64,000 nt of DNA from an uncultured bacterium (GTDB lineage: Bacteria > Patescibacteriota > Andersenbacteria > UBA10190 > CAIZMI01): the NCBI GenBank assembly GCA_903934015.1, contig CAIZMI010000034.1, forward strand, positions 20,378 to 84,377, given 5' to 3'. The position numbers and the translations under genes were made by a program. The notes beneath the pieces are model-generated. The model had not been told where the DNA came from and made no database searches. It worked only from the letters and a program-made list of their open reading frames with translations. This document shows, piece by piece, positions 17,465 to 27,791 of the stretch; position 1 is the stretch's first letter; each line of letters starts with the position of its first letter.

Positions 17465-18187
17465 TTACGATGTAGGTGAAGTTGGTGCTACCACACCAAA
17501 GCGAAAACATGGTTGGTAAAGCTGATCTGGATTTTCTGTCAAAAACAAACTTCGCCCCATGAATTCTCGCCTAGCAACCAGTTTAAGCACAATGTCTGTG
17601 TATATGGGGTTTTCTTCAAAAGGAACCATCTTCAGGACATTGACCAAACCTCGACTGCTCAAGTTTTCAATGAAGTGGGAAACTCCAGGCTCTTTGCGTG
17701 GAATCTCGTGTATTTCTGGTTTGAGCCGAGAAATATCAGATCTACTCGTAATAGCCCTCTCCAGGTTTTCCAGAAACGAACGCAGAAGACGTGATGAATG
17801 TTGTGAAAAAACCTCCTTCCATTGTTCAGGAATATTTTCAGGGTGTACTACCCCACTCCATGACTGAGACAGAGAATGACACCATACCATAGCATCATAC
17901 TTTTTTGCTTCGTTCACGGTTGCAGTGAGTTCCAATGTCGGCAGTCTTGCAACGGCTGCTTGGATATCTGCAAAAGCAACGATTTCAGATGGGTACTTGA
18001 AATCTGGAATCCGGCCGAACATTTCATGGATGCCGAAGAGCCACTCTAGGTACTGCCCGACGTGTTCGGTCTGTCTGTTATGAACACAAACTAGCGTATC
18101 AACGTCCGAGTACCTTTTGTCTTTTTCAACAGCGAAGCTGCCGAAGATGTAGGCAAAAACCAGTTGGTCTCCAAAAATGCGCTGCAC
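17465..18187 (-). CDS. nucleotidyltransferase-fold protein (polymerase-beta-like NTase)
   Basis: The GSFAVEKDKRYSDVDTLV segment has the G[SG]…D.D signature. Composition is GC-richer than neighbours, and the gene abuts the IS3 left end. Confidence 0.55.
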   Translation of the reverse strand: MQRIFGDQLVFAYIFGSFAVEKDKRYSDVDTLVCVHNRQTEHVGQYLEWLFGIHEMFGRIPDFKYPSEIVAFADIQAAVARLPTLELTATVNEAKKYDAMVWCHSLSQSWSGVVHPENIPEQWKEVFSQHSSRLLRSFLENLERAITSRSDISRLKPEIHEIPRKEPGVSHFIENLSSRGLVNVLKMVPFEENPIYTDIVLKLVARREFMGRSLFLTENPDQLYQPCFRFGVVAPTSPTS

Positions 18188-18269
18188 GGCTTCCTGAAAT
18201 TGAGCCGTTATGACTTCATGTTCTATAGTGGTACCCAGAAACTGGACAGCCAGCTAAGATACAAAAGTT

Positions 18270-18566
18270 ATGCAAAATACTATAAAAAGACAGCACTCAC
18301 CAGAGTTCAAATCGCAAGTAGCAATAGAGGCGATAAAAGAAGTTGAGACGATTGCACAGATCGCATCCAAGCATTCAATCCACCCGACCCAAATCAACAA
18401 GTGGAAAAAAATAGCACAGGATGGTTTGGCCATATTGTTCTCCGGCAAACAAGATGTCGAGCTGAAGAAAAAAGATGAGCTGATTGAACAGTTATACAAA
18501 AAAATCGGTAAACGTGAGGTCGAACTTGATTGGCTTAAAAAAAAGACTGGCCTTCTCGACAACTGA
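18270..18566 (+). CDS. IS3-family transposase OrfA (HTH plus leucine zipper)
   Basis: MQNTIKRQHSPEFKSQVAIEAIKE… matches the IS3 OrfA N-terminus. A slippery A6G run sits at 18539-18545. Confidence 0.8.
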   Translation: MQNTIKRQHSPEFKSQVAIEAIKEVETIAQIASKHSIHPTQINKWKKIAQDGLAILFSGKQDVELKKKDELIEQLYKKIGKREVELDWLKKKTGLLDN

Positions 18567-19386
18567 AAAACGCAGTTTGATCGAGCAAGAAAACCCCGCG
18601 CTTTCCATCGCTTCGCAATGTTCTTTATTAAAACTTCCGCGTTCCACATTCTACTTTCCGCCTAAGTTAATTCTGCCGGAAAAGTCCGTTACGCTGATGC
18701 ATAATATCGATGAGATCTATACTGATTTCCCGTACTATGGTGGCAGAAAGATTAAGGTGGAATTGGTAAAACGTTTCAAGAAGATTGTCGGTCGCAAAAC
18801 AATCCGCAAGCTGATGCGGATCATGGGTCTGGAAGCGATCTATCCGAAGCCAAACACGAGCAAACCAAATCAGCAACATGCTACTTACCCGTATCTCCTG
18901 AAGGGTATCATCGCCGCTTATTCCAATCATATTTGGGGCACTGATATCACATACATCCGGGCTGGCAAATACTGGTTTTATCTTTCGGCAATTCTTGACT
19001 GGCATTCCCGTTATGTTGTCAGCTGGACGCTGTCCGAAAATATCGATACCGCGCTTTGTTTGGAAACTCTGGAAAAAGGACTGGCAATTGCCAAACCCCT
19101 TATCCACAATTCCGATCAAGGCAGTACATATACGGCGGAGGAATATCTAAACCATCTCAAGCAAGCCGAGGTGCAAATCAGTATGGATGGTGTTGGCAGA
19201 TGCATGGACAACATCTTCACGGAACGATTATGGCGGACGGTGAAATACGAAGAAGTCTATCTGCACGCGTACGGCAGTTTCAAAGAAGCTATGCAATCGT
19301 TGAAATTATACTTTAATACATACAACGAAAAACGGGTGCATCAAGCACTCGAATACCGCACACCGGCAGAAGTGTACTTTAAATAA
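18484..19386 (+). CDS. IS3-family transposase OrfB (DDE integrase core, rve)
   Basis: DDE region …HNSDQGSTYTAEEY…ERLWRTVKYEEVY… OrfB is in the +1 frame relative to OrfA, not the expected -1. Confidence 0.75.
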   Translation: MNSYTKKSVNVRSNLIGLKKRLAFSTTEKRSLIEQENPALSIASQCSLLKLPRSTFYFPPKLILPEKSVTLMHNIDEIYTDFPYYGGRKIKVELVKRFKKIVGRKTIRKLMRIMGLEAIYPKPNTSKPNQQHATYPYLLKGIIAAYSNHIWGTDITYIRAGKYWFYLSAILDWHSRYVVSWTLSENIDTALCLETLEKGLAIAKPLIHNSDQGSTYTAEEYLNHLKQAEVQISMDGVGRCMDNIFTERLWRTVKYEEVYLHAYGSFKEAMQSLKLYFNTYNEKRVHQALEYRTPAEVYFK

Positions 19387-19470
19387 TAAGTTAAATTTTA
19401 CTCAAGAAAGGAGGTGGTGAAAATTCTATCTTAGATTTGCCCAAATACTGTCTTGACACTGGTTACCACT

Positions 19471-20721
19471 TTATTCCCAGCTTCCTTTTGTTCTAGAAAC
19501 ACCGGCAAACATTTGTTGTCCACGAGGAGATAAAAAGTTGTAAATCTCACGAGGAATTAACAGGGGTTTGGCAATCCGTAATCCTCGGTACGCAACTGAC
19601 GATGCTCCAGGACTGTAACCACCAAACTCTTCAGTACCTCGTTCAATGTCGTGGATAGTACGATCTTTTAGGATGATGCTTCCACATACTCCAGTGACGT
19701 AATCACTTTCGCCAAACAGGGAAACATACATCTCCTTTTCTTGATAGCGAGTATTAGGATCGCTGAAGTAGAGAGCCAGTTCACGATCATGTTCATACTC
19801 GGTTACCAGAAAGAGCGGGGCGTACAACTCCGTGAAGTTCTGCAGTTGACGGAGGGAGACTCTGACAACACATGGGCACATGACATTATGTTTCAGATCA
19901 ATCTGTCCACCGTATATAATCTCTCCTCCTTGTTGTCGCATTTCAGAGATCAGATTTGCGACATCAAGCAACGAGGAAGCTTCAAACAGTGGACCCACAA
20001 CGACATCATCTGCTGTGTAATCTTTATCGCAGCGTACCTGAGCGAGTTTTTTCAGCAAGCTCTTTACGTAGGCATCGACGATTGAACTGTGTACTAAGAT
20101 AATATCTGGACCAGCACAGTCTTGCCCGTTGTTGAACAACTTGACCTGCAGTGTTTTTTTGACAGCAAGGTCAAGATCTGCGCTAGGAGTTACCACCAGA
20201 GGGTTGTGACCCACACCGCTGAACAAAAGCAGTGTATCTTTGCTACAGGCTTTTCGGATACGCAGGAAGTTCTCGTACTTACCAGTAAAAAGAACAACAG
20301 AAGCATTTGCACAGTGTTCAATAAGAAAATCATCTCGTGAACCTTCAAAGGCTTGAATGTTTGAATAATACTCCCCGAGGGAGAGCCGTTCAAACAATTC
20401 AGCAAATAACTCTTTCATCCGCTGAGGAGGACGAACCATCAGCGACACAGATTGGTATGCAGGGAGGGCTGCAAATAGAACGAATGAATACAGAGGAAGG
20501 TTCAGAGGCAGGAAGGTTGCAGTTTTTTGGGCAAGAGGAGTGATTGGGAAGTACTGTTGGATTTCTCCGATACTTCTCAATGCTTCAATAGAACGCCTCA
20601 CTTCATCATCGACGACTTCTTTGCTTTGGTACTTGCGAAGAATTTCGTGAATTATAGCAACGTTCAATTCCAGGTGACCAGCAAAAGACTGAGCATGATC
20701 GACCACATTGGTGTACAGCAT
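19471..20721 (-). CDS. aldehyde dehydrogenase superfamily / acyl-CoA reductase-like protein
   Basis: Catalytic NNGQDCAGPD motif; 416 aa; GC-richer than the surrounding genome. Its stop codon abuts the IS3 right end. Confidence 0.65.
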   Translation of the reverse strand: MLYTNVVDHAQSFAGHLELNVAIIHEILRKYQSKEVVDDEVRRSIEALRSIGEIQQYFPITPLAQKTATFLPLNLPLYSFVLFAALPAYQSVSLMVRPPQRMKELFAELFERLSLGEYYSNIQAFEGSRDDFLIEHCANASVVLFTGKYENFLRIRKACSKDTLLLFSGVGHNPLVVTPSADLDLAVKKTLQVKLFNNGQDCAGPDIILVHSSIVDAYVKSLLKKLAQVRCDKDYTADDVVVGPLFEASSLLDVANLISEMRQQGGEIIYGGQIDLKHNVMCPCVVRVSLRQLQNFTELYAPLFLVTEYEHDRELALYFSDPNTRYQEKEMYVSLFGESDYVTGVCGSIILKDRTIHDIERGTEEFGGYSPGASSVAYRGLRIAKPLLIPREIYNFLSPRGQQMFAGVSRTKGSWE

Positions 20722-20855
20722 CGAATTTCTCCCTTGGTTGTGAATGAGCTTTCAGTAACTGAATACATAGAGACACCTAAAACCTATTTTCAAGTCATTT
20801 TGCTTGACTATTAATCATAATCATTTTATAAGTTAATGCAAATCAACCTATTCTT

Positions 20856-21626
20856 ATGATGAAGCTTACATTTATTGGCAGTGGTTGCTGGCAAGGAATT
20901 CCAGCGCCTTTTGGCGATGATGAAATTAGCAAAAAAGTAGAATGGGGTTCGAAGGATTTTCGTTTTAGAACATCGCTTCATGTCGAAACTGAAAATGCAA
21001 AAAGTATTATTCTAGAAGCAACACCAGATATTCGATTACAGTCTTGGAAATTCAAACTGAAGAAACCAGATGCTATCATTATCTCACATTGGCATTGGGA
21101 TCATTTGTTCGGCTTACTTGATTTAGACTGGTTTGTCTCAAAAAACCCACTTGTTGTATATGGAAATAGTGTAACAAAAGATTGGTATGACAAGAGAATG
21201 GGTCATATTAAGGTTGATTTTCAGGTATTCAAATCTTACAAATCATTCCAGATCGATAATATTAAAATTACTCCCCTAGAGGTGAATCACGTCGACAAAA
21301 CTGACGGCTTCTTGCTTGAAGACATGAATACGGGGAAGAAAATGGCATATCTTTCTGACCTTCATGGAATACCAGAAAGAACTAACCAGCTTATTAAAAA
21401 TAGTGATTTAGTCATCACCGATGCCACCTACTTAGCTTCGTATATTAATGATGATCCAACGCATTTACAGAAGGATCAGATTGTTCCCTTTCTGGAAAAG
21501 TTAAGTGCCAATGAGATTATTCTTACTAATATAGGTTCATATCAAGGCATGACACATGACGACTTTGAAAAAAAGTTTTCGCAATATACGATTGCATACG
21601 ATGGGATGGAACGACAATCCTCATAA
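20856..21626 (+). CDS. MBL-fold metallo-hydrolase
   Basis: HWHWDH metal-binding motif. Confidence 0.75.
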   Translation: MMKLTFIGSGCWQGIPAPFGDDEISKKVEWGSKDFRFRTSLHVETENAKSIILEATPDIRLQSWKFKLKKPDAIIISHWHWDHLFGLLDLDWFVSKNPLVVYGNSVTKDWYDKRMGHIKVDFQVFKSYKSFQIDNIKITPLEVNHVDKTDGFLLEDMNTGKKMAYLSDLHGIPERTNQLIKNSDLVITDATYLASYINDDPTHLQKDQIVPFLEKLSANEIILTNIGSYQGMTHDDFEKKFSQYTIAYDGMERQSS

Positions 21627-21734
21627 ACATTTCATATAAAACAATGAATCTCCCCCGAGCACCACACCCGGAGCATTAGAAAAAAATCAAACAAACAACT
21701 AATTTATTTTGTTATTTCGATTCCACGCTGAAAC

Positions 21735-23267
21735 CTAGTTTTCTCCCGGTTTATAACCGACAGTTACGTTCGTTCCTACCGGCAGAGCATCTTTTGAGCC
21801 CTCAATCGGTAAGCGCACAAAGAAAGTTGAACCACGACCAAGCCCCGGACTGTCTACCCAGATATCACCATGATGTTCACGACAAATTTTGCGCGCTACG
21901 TACAAACCCAACCCTGAACCATCAGTGTGGTACTTTTCCGCTCCACCCACACGGGTGAATTTCACGAACAAACGACCAATATCCTCTGCGGTCACCCCCT
22001 TGCCAGTGTCCTGAACTGAAAAAGTAAGAAAATCATCTTCTCGAATCACCCTAACATCGACTTGTCCTGAATTTGTGTACTTAATTGCGTTATCCACGAC
22101 ATTTAATACAACTTGTCGAATACGTTGAGAGTCAGCAACCACATGAGGCATACCAGCTTCGGATTGGTGAAAGTTCAAAACCAAATTCTTTTTCTTTGCG
22201 TTTGGCGAAAGTTCTGTGACAATTTCTTGTGCCATTTTTGCCAAATCCACCGACCGAAGCGACAGTTCCAACCTCCCACTTTCGATCCGCGACACATCCA
22301 AAAGATTTTTAATAAGCTCAATCAAACGTTCACTCGACTGGTATAGAATTTCCATAATCGGTTGTTGCTTAACACTCACTTTTCCATAATCCCCTTCTTG
22401 CACCATCGAAAGATAGCCTTTAATCGCCGTTAACGGTGTGTAAAGCTGATGCGAAGCAATGCTTAAAAACTCACTCTTGGCTTTATCCAATTGGGCCAAA
22501 CGATCATTTGCTTCACGTAAGTCTTCAGTGGTTTTTTGTAAATCCTCATAAATTTTGGATTTGTAAATTGCCAACGAAACAAGACCAATAATACCGGAAA
22601 TAGCTTCCCTCTCGTATTGTGAAAGATTATTTAGATCACGACTGGCTGTGAGAATTAAAACGCCTAATGCCTGTTTACTTTGCGAAAGAGGATAAATCAG
22701 CGAACTCTTAAGATTTTTCCCCACCGATGTTTTGGCCACCTGCTCAACAAAAGAAACAGGATAAACACTGGAATATCCATCGATAACATGGGCTTGATGT
22801 TCCCGCATTGCCTCCTTGGCGATATCCACATTCTGCAGTGACTCTTCAAAATTATCTAATGTTTTCTTCTTCAGAATCTTATTTATTTCCGACACGGGAG
22901 ATGTAACCGAAAGCCAACGCATCTTGTCATCATTATTATCATTTCTAAATACGGAAATAGCAGCCAATTCATAACCGAGCTCTTGCCCAATAGCGATTGT
23001 TACCCTTGATGACATATCTTCCATACCAATAGATGTCATAGAAACTTCATCCAATTTTCTAAGTAAAGCCAGTGTCTTGTTACGAATAGCTAATTCCGCG
23101 TTGCGCTTATACAACTCGCGATTTACCTGAGACAGCAAACCTCCCTCACCATCAATTTGCTCATCGTTATTTTCCTTCTTTTTACTTTTCGGATACTTAT
23201 CCACACGCATAAAAAGTAGCTCTTTTATTTTTCCAAGGAAACCGTTACTCATGTTTTTATTATACAT
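21735..23267 (-). CDS. sensor histidine kinase (GAF-like N-terminal region, HisKA, HATPase_c)
   Basis: H-box LSIASHQLYTPLTAIKGY; the N, G1 and G2 boxes are present (DTGKGV…GSGLGL). The start is uncertain; an alternative start lies at 23315. Confidence 0.8.
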   Translation of the reverse strand: MYNKNMSNGFLGKIKELLFMRVDKYPKSKKKENNDEQIDGEGGLLSQVNRELYKRNAELAIRNKTLALLRKLDEVSMTSIGMEDMSSRVTIAIGQELGYELAAISVFRNDNNDDKMRWLSVTSPVSEINKILKKKTLDNFEESLQNVDIAKEAMREHQAHVIDGYSSVYPVSFVEQVAKTSVGKNLKSSLIYPLSQSKQALGVLILTASRDLNNLSQYEREAISGIIGLVSLAIYKSKIYEDLQKTTEDLREANDRLAQLDKAKSEFLSIASHQLYTPLTAIKGYLSMVQEGDYGKVSVKQQPIMEILYQSSERLIELIKNLLDVSRIESGRLELSLRSVDLAKMAQEIVTELSPNAKKKNLVLNFHQSEAGMPHVVADSQRIRQVVLNVVDNAIKYTNSGQVDVRVIREDDFLTFSVQDTGKGVTAEDIGRLFVKFTRVGGAEKYHTDGSGLGLYVARKICREHHGDIWVDSPGLGRGSTFFVRLPIEGSKDALPVGTNVTVGYKPGEN

Positions 23268-23466
23268 GATTATTCTCCAGCAGTCTTCGTTTAAGAAAAA
23301 GAAAAAACCAGCCACAAACTGCCATGGCTGGTTGTTGTGTTGTGTTGTTGACTTTTAATATAAAGATACTATGATAACCTATCGCCTTTAAGTTTGACCT
23401 TTAACAATCACAAAATTTCCTTGATACAATACGCAGGTCAAGGACTTCCCAAATGGAGAATGTACA

Positions 23467-23943
23467 ATGACACGTTTTATTGAGATTCCTGGGCAGGTCG
23501 TTATAGGCACACAAGCCGCTTCCGGAACTAAATATTTTTCTGAACATGGAGGAACAATAGCGCTTCAAAGAACTCATTTCGAGCAAGCGGGAGTCGACTT
23601 GACTAGAATCCATAACGGAACTGTTAATGTTGATATAAAACCACTCTCGTTTTATATCAAAAAGCCAACAATCATTGTTCCAAATGTTTACTGGCATCCA
23701 ATTTACAGAGACAGGTCAGAAACATTCTGGTTCGTTGAATGCATACTTCATTTTCAAGATAATGAGTATGAAGGCTTCGTATATTATCCACATCCTAGCA
23801 CAAAGATAGGTATCTCTCCTGGAAAATCAGTAATCGAGACACTAATACCGTTCATTTCAAATTTGAATTATGGAAGTTTAGTTGCACTAAAACTTCCCGA
23901 CGATCGGATAGAGATAGAAAGACAAAACGAAAGTATCATATAG
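23467..23943 (+). CDS. hypothetical protein
   Basis: 158-aa ORF; no recognisable motif. Confidence 0.35.
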   Translation: MTRFIEIPGQVVIGTQAASGTKYFSEHGGTIALQRTHFEQAGVDLTRIHNGTVNVDIKPLSFYIKKPTIIVPNVYWHPIYRDRSETFWFVECILHFQDNEYEGFVYYPHPSTKIGISPGKSVIETLIPFISNLNYGSLVALKLPDDRIEIERQNESII

Positions 23944-24001
23944 TCTTTCGATTTGCTCTACCCCCTTGCGTATTTGAGGGGGATTTTTATTAACCATAAT
24001 C

Positions 24002-24889
24002 ATGAATATGAAATTAGACAAACAGGCCAATGTGGAAAAAGTAATAATTCTACCCTTCTATGGTGAATTTGGTTGGTTTTTAAATTCACATATTAGGCTT
24101 GCCCATTATTTTATTGCTTCAAACAAAATAGTATGCTGTCGAAAAGGCGAAGAGGTCTACTTCCCCTCTGCGAATAACTTTTTCTATGACTGGAAGGACA
24201 TATTTGAAGACTATGAAAAGTGTGGTTTTCGGAATACGTGGCCAATTAGCCCTTCATTCAAAGCAACTGCCGAAGAAGAAAGACTTAAAACAAAACTTAA
24301 AAGTTTATATCCAGAACACCGATTATTAGACTTCCAATATGCAATCCCCCCAGAATTAGTACAATATTTTCCCATACCGATACAATTCAAAAAGAAATAT
24401 GGTATTAAAGTTGATATCGTTATTTGCGCACGCAAAAGACACGCCACAGGCAATTTCGGTGACCATGGAATAAGAAATTTTGAAAAATGGCCACAAGTAA
24501 TTGTTCCCCTGCTACAAAAAGGATACAGAATTGGTATTGTTGGAAAAAAAGAGACATCTTATGACTATTCAGTTTTTGATACACGTAGCTGGGAATACAA
24601 AGACAACAACAGTGCAATTTTTGAAATGCTAAGCTCTGCCCGCATATATATCGGAACAGATACTGGGCCAACACACCTAGCAGCGCTATTAAAAACACCG
24701 ATGATTCTCTTCCGTAACGAGAATGAAACCTTGAGTCCTAATTTGCTTAATAATTGTATATTACCCATCGCACGCAACCAAAATTTTTACGCTGAAATAG
24801 TGTCAGATGGCTGGAACAATCCTACAAAAGTTGTAGAAACCACTTGCAGATATTTAAACAAAACTACTTCCTCTCAAGAATTTCTCTGA
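24002..24889 (+). CDS. glycosyltransferase family 9-like (heptosyltransferase-type) protein
   Basis: GTDTGPTHLAALLKTPMI resembles the GT9 motif G.DSGPMHLAAA. Tentative. Confidence 0.45.
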   Translation: MNMKLDKQANVEKVIILPFYGEFGWFLNSHIRLAHYFIASNKIVCCRKGEEVYFPSANNFFYDWKDIFEDYEKCGFRNTWPISPSFKATAEEERLKTKLKSLYPEHRLLDFQYAIPPELVQYFPIPIQFKKKYGIKVDIVICARKRHATGNFGDHGIRNFEKWPQVIVPLLQKGYRIGIVGKKETSYDYSVFDTRSWEYKDNNSAIFEMLSSARIYIGTDTGPTHLAALLKTPMILFRNENETLSPNLLNNCILPIARNQNFYAEIVSDGWNNPTKVVETTCRYLNKTTSSQEFL

Positions 24890-25622
24890 TCTGTAATAAT
24901 TTACTTTGCGGTATTGCAATTAATGTTTGTATGCCAGAGTCCCATTGGTAAGGTTTCTGCCCACTGCCCATTACACACAATCCATATTCTTCAAAACAAA
25001 GACTGATTGGCGATAAATCCCATATTTTCGCAGTTTTATTAAAGTAGGCATTATTTTCTTGCGACACGATAGATAACGCATTATCAACACAAGACCAACG
25101 ATCACTTACTATGAAGTCTTGTTTTTTTAGAATTGGGGCAAACCCATTATCGTCAGCAATAATACTCAAATCCTGCGTCTTGTCTAAATTAATATGCTTT
25201 CTTTGTCCATTAACAAAAACTCCTTTATTGCGTTGTGCGGTAACAAGCATATCTTTAAAGGGATTATAAAGAACAGATAACTGAACTTTATCTTCCGTGA
25301 TACGCGCGATCATAACCCCACAATCTTTTACACCATGCGTAAAATTATGCGTGCCATCAAGCGGATCAATAATCCAAATATTTTTTGCGTCAATCGTTTT
25401 TAACAATCCCTTTTCTTCCGCTATAATTCCATCTTCCGGGAAATTTATTTGAATTTGTTCAATAATATACGCTTCTGAACGTAAATCCGCGTCAGTAGCA
25501 AAATCGTTTGCTCCCGATCCTTTAATGTGTCGTTTAAGCTTTTGCCCAAAATAATTCTTGATTATTTCTCCAGCCTTACTCGCCATCTCAACGGCCAGTT
25601 CCAATGGTGTAATCATAATCAC
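24864..25622 (-). CDS. inositol monophosphatase family protein
   Basis: WIIDPLDGTHNF metal-binding motif. Confidence 0.8.
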   Translation of the reverse strand: MIMITPLELAVEMASKAGEIIKNYFGQKLKRHIKGSGANDFATDADLRSEAYIIEQIQINFPEDGIIAEEKGLLKTIDAKNIWIIDPLDGTHNFTHGVKDCGVMIARITEDKVQLSVLYNPFKDMLVTAQRNKGVFVNGQRKHINLDKTQDLSIIADDNGFAPILKKQDFIVSDRWSCVDNALSIVSQENNAYFNKTAKIWDLSPISLCFEEYGLCVMGSGQKPYQWDSGIQTLIAIPQSKLLQIREILERK

Positions 25623-25660
25623 GCAAGAAACTAAAGACGATTTTTTTACAAATTATCTAA

Positions 25661-25951
25661 CTACTTGAGAATCTGTGGAATTTCTTCCTGGGAAGCAAAT
25701 TGGAGCAAAGGACGCACAGCATCTCGACAAACCTCACGAGAAAGTTTTCCGAAAAGTTTTTCGTATTGACCGACCAGATTTTCCAAAACAACCTTAGCAT
25801 CGCCATCAATGTGCACTTCATGTGTTTGTGCATTCAAATTTAGACCCTTTACCTTCTTAGCCTCCGACCAAGCCACAGGACCAATGATAGCAGCTTGTTC
25901 TTCAATGATCTTATTAACGATTTTTTCTACAGCTTCAGTCATTTGAACCAT
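25661..25951 (-). CDS. hypothetical protein
   Basis: 96-aa ORF in an operon-like arrangement with the downstream membrane protein. Confidence 0.35.
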   Translation of the reverse strand: MVQMTEAVEKIVNKIIEEQAAIIGPVAWSEAKKVKGLNLNAQTHEVHIDGDAKVVLENLVGQYEKLFGKLSREVCRDAVRPLLQFASQEEIPQILK

Positions 25952-26777
25952 CCGTTAATTTCTTAAAGACAAAACCAAGATACATTAGAGCAATAGTCAT
26001 TAATGTATATGAAAGTAAATATATATAATCGCTAACTCCACCAGAGTACACCATTTCCCTGCTAGCCCTAAAAATAAAAACATAATCAGCAATTGCCTGT
26101 GAAAAAACCGCCACCATAAGAAATAAAACAGGAAACTTCATGATTCCACCCAGAAACTTCTTTGACAACAAGTAAACCAAAATAATCAAGGAAATGTACA
26201 CTCCATCGATAATTGGTGACGCTAAATCTAAAATTATAACAACGGGGCTTGACCAGTCAAAAACATACCCTCGCAAAAAGAAAAAATAAGACGAAAAAGC
26301 CCATAACAATGGAATCAAAATCGCACCAATTCGTCCTTGATACGTTTTAAGAGCAGGTCGAATACCAAGAGAGCGAATCAACTGGATAGAACCAAAAGCA
26401 TACAAAAAACCAGTACTAAAAAAAGCAAAATCACCAATAGACGGATATGGCACTTCCATACCCAACACAATAATATAGTAAGAGTAACAAATCTGACCAA
26501 CAAATTGAGCCAATAATCCAAGAGCAAATGATCCAAAAGCTTTTCCTAAAATACTTTTAAATCCACCCCATTTTTTCGCTATCACCAATCCTGCAATACC
26601 GCCCCAGAACGCTACTGCCCCATAAACAGACGTAAAAATATCATTCTCCGTTCCACTTTGCTGACCACGAACAAACAAACTAATCCACCAAATAGTAATA
26701 ACTACAAAAAACACTATCGTAAACAAAAACAATTTCTTATTTTTCATTTCTGTAAGTGAATAATTGACTGTGTACAT
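25935..26777 (-). CDS. hypothetical polytopic membrane protein
   Basis: At least seven hydrophobic segments. Confidence 0.5.
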   Translation of the reverse strand: MYTVNYSLTEMKNKKLFLFTIVFFVVITIWWISLFVRGQQSGTENDIFTSVYGAVAFWGGIAGLVIAKKWGGFKSILGKAFGSFALGLLAQFVGQICYSYYIIVLGMEVPYPSIGDFAFFSTGFLYAFGSIQLIRSLGIRPALKTYQGRIGAILIPLLWAFSSYFFFLRGYVFDWSSPVVIILDLASPIIDGVYISLIILVYLLSKKFLGGIMKFPVLFLMVAVFSQAIADYVFIFRASREMVYSGGVSDYIYLLSYTLMTIALMYLGFVFKKLTDGSND

Positions 26778-26790
26778 CTTTTTAATATCA

Positions 26791-27732
26791 TTAATATTGT
26801 ATCATACTCTTCAACCACTGCAATACACCAGTTTTTTGTTCCAACGAATACTTTCTCATAAAAGATATTGGACGATACTGCTCTTTCATGAGCCTTATCT
26901 GACCCAGGCCCAAATCTTCTTCAAGATTTAATAAATCACAATTTCTTTCTCTCAATTTTTTCGAAGCCTCCCTCATCAAAAATGAAAAAACTCCCGTAAA
27001 GTGATAATCTGCTTTTCCAAAATGACTTACAGCTGTAGATTCGTTGCAAATTTGCGCAATCATAAACGCAATTGGTTTTTCTTGAACAAAAACCACAATA
27101 CTAATTAAATTAAAATTATCCACATACTTAAGCAGTTTTAAAAGTGCTTTTTCTTCACGTTTCGAATATGACTCTCGCACAGAATTCCACTTTTCCCAAA
27201 CATTAGTAATTACACTAAGCTCAGCACTGTCATTGAGCTCAACGACCTTCACTTCACAAGAATCGCCATATTGAGACTCAAACCTTTTTGCCAAACGCCT
27301 TTGTCTAGAATATTTTCCTCCCTCCAAAGACGCAATTTCATTAACAGAATATACATAATCAAAATTATCTCGATCTTCCTTGATTTCGACCCTCAATTCT
27401 TCGGCAGAACAAAAATTGATTGTTTCTTGCGGAATCATCCTTAAAATCGGACGAATGTTTTGTTTCTTCGCATATTTAAAAATTGATCGAATTGTTTCAG
27501 GAACCTGATTGTTTCCCAAAAATGAAAAAAATTCTTTCCCTGAAATATCATCCGTTAAACGGACCACCAAATTGTTATTCAACATTGAAAATTGACGCCT
27601 GTCATCCGTATCCCAGCAGAATAGTGAGATGAAATTAAAATCCGAATAAACCGGATAATTTTTCGTAAAATTAGTCACTTCTTCCTGATCTGTAATTTCA
27701 ATTTTCTTAAACTCCGGGAATTGTGGGATCAT
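26791..27732 (-). CDS. DUF2156-like protein (MprF C-terminal-like, GNAT-fold aminoacyl transferase); tentative
   Basis: Overall resemblance only (…YSRQRRLAKRFES…HFGKADYHFTGVFSFL…); not verified. Confidence 0.3.
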   Translation of the reverse strand: MIPQFPEFKKIEITDQEEVTNFTKNYPVYSDFNFISLFCWDTDDRRQFSMLNNNLVVRLTDDISGKEFFSFLGNNQVPETIRSIFKYAKKQNIRPILRMIPQETINFCSAEELRVEIKEDRDNFDYVYSVNEIASLEGGKYSRQRRLAKRFESQYGDSCEVKVVELNDSAELSVITNVWEKWNSVRESYSKREEKALLKLLKYVDNFNLISIVVFVQEKPIAFMIAQICNESTAVSHFGKADYHFTGVFSFLMREASKKLRERNCDLLNLEEDLGLGQIRLMKEQYRPISFMRKYSLEQKTGVLQWLKSMIQY

Positions 27733-27791
27733 TGGTTATTATAGTATAGCGTATTAACAATTTAATAAAAAACCCGACACGTGCGCTTACG

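Larger units (their letters stand above)
18229..19468 (+). mobile_element. IS3-family insertion sequence (~1.24 kb) with imperfect ~21-bp terminal inverted repeats starting TGGTA
   Basis: Left end tggtacccagaaactggacag. The right end reverse-complements to tggtaaccagtgtcaagacag. OrfA and OrfB lie inside. Confidence 0.7.

Noticed and set aside
18497-18545. Canonical IS3 programmed -1 frameshift producing an OrfAB fusion
   Set aside because: OrfB is in the +1 frame, and a -1 slip at the A6G site reaches a stop codon within a few codons. It is reported as an anomaly, either an inactive copy or a homopolymer error, not as a functional slippery site.
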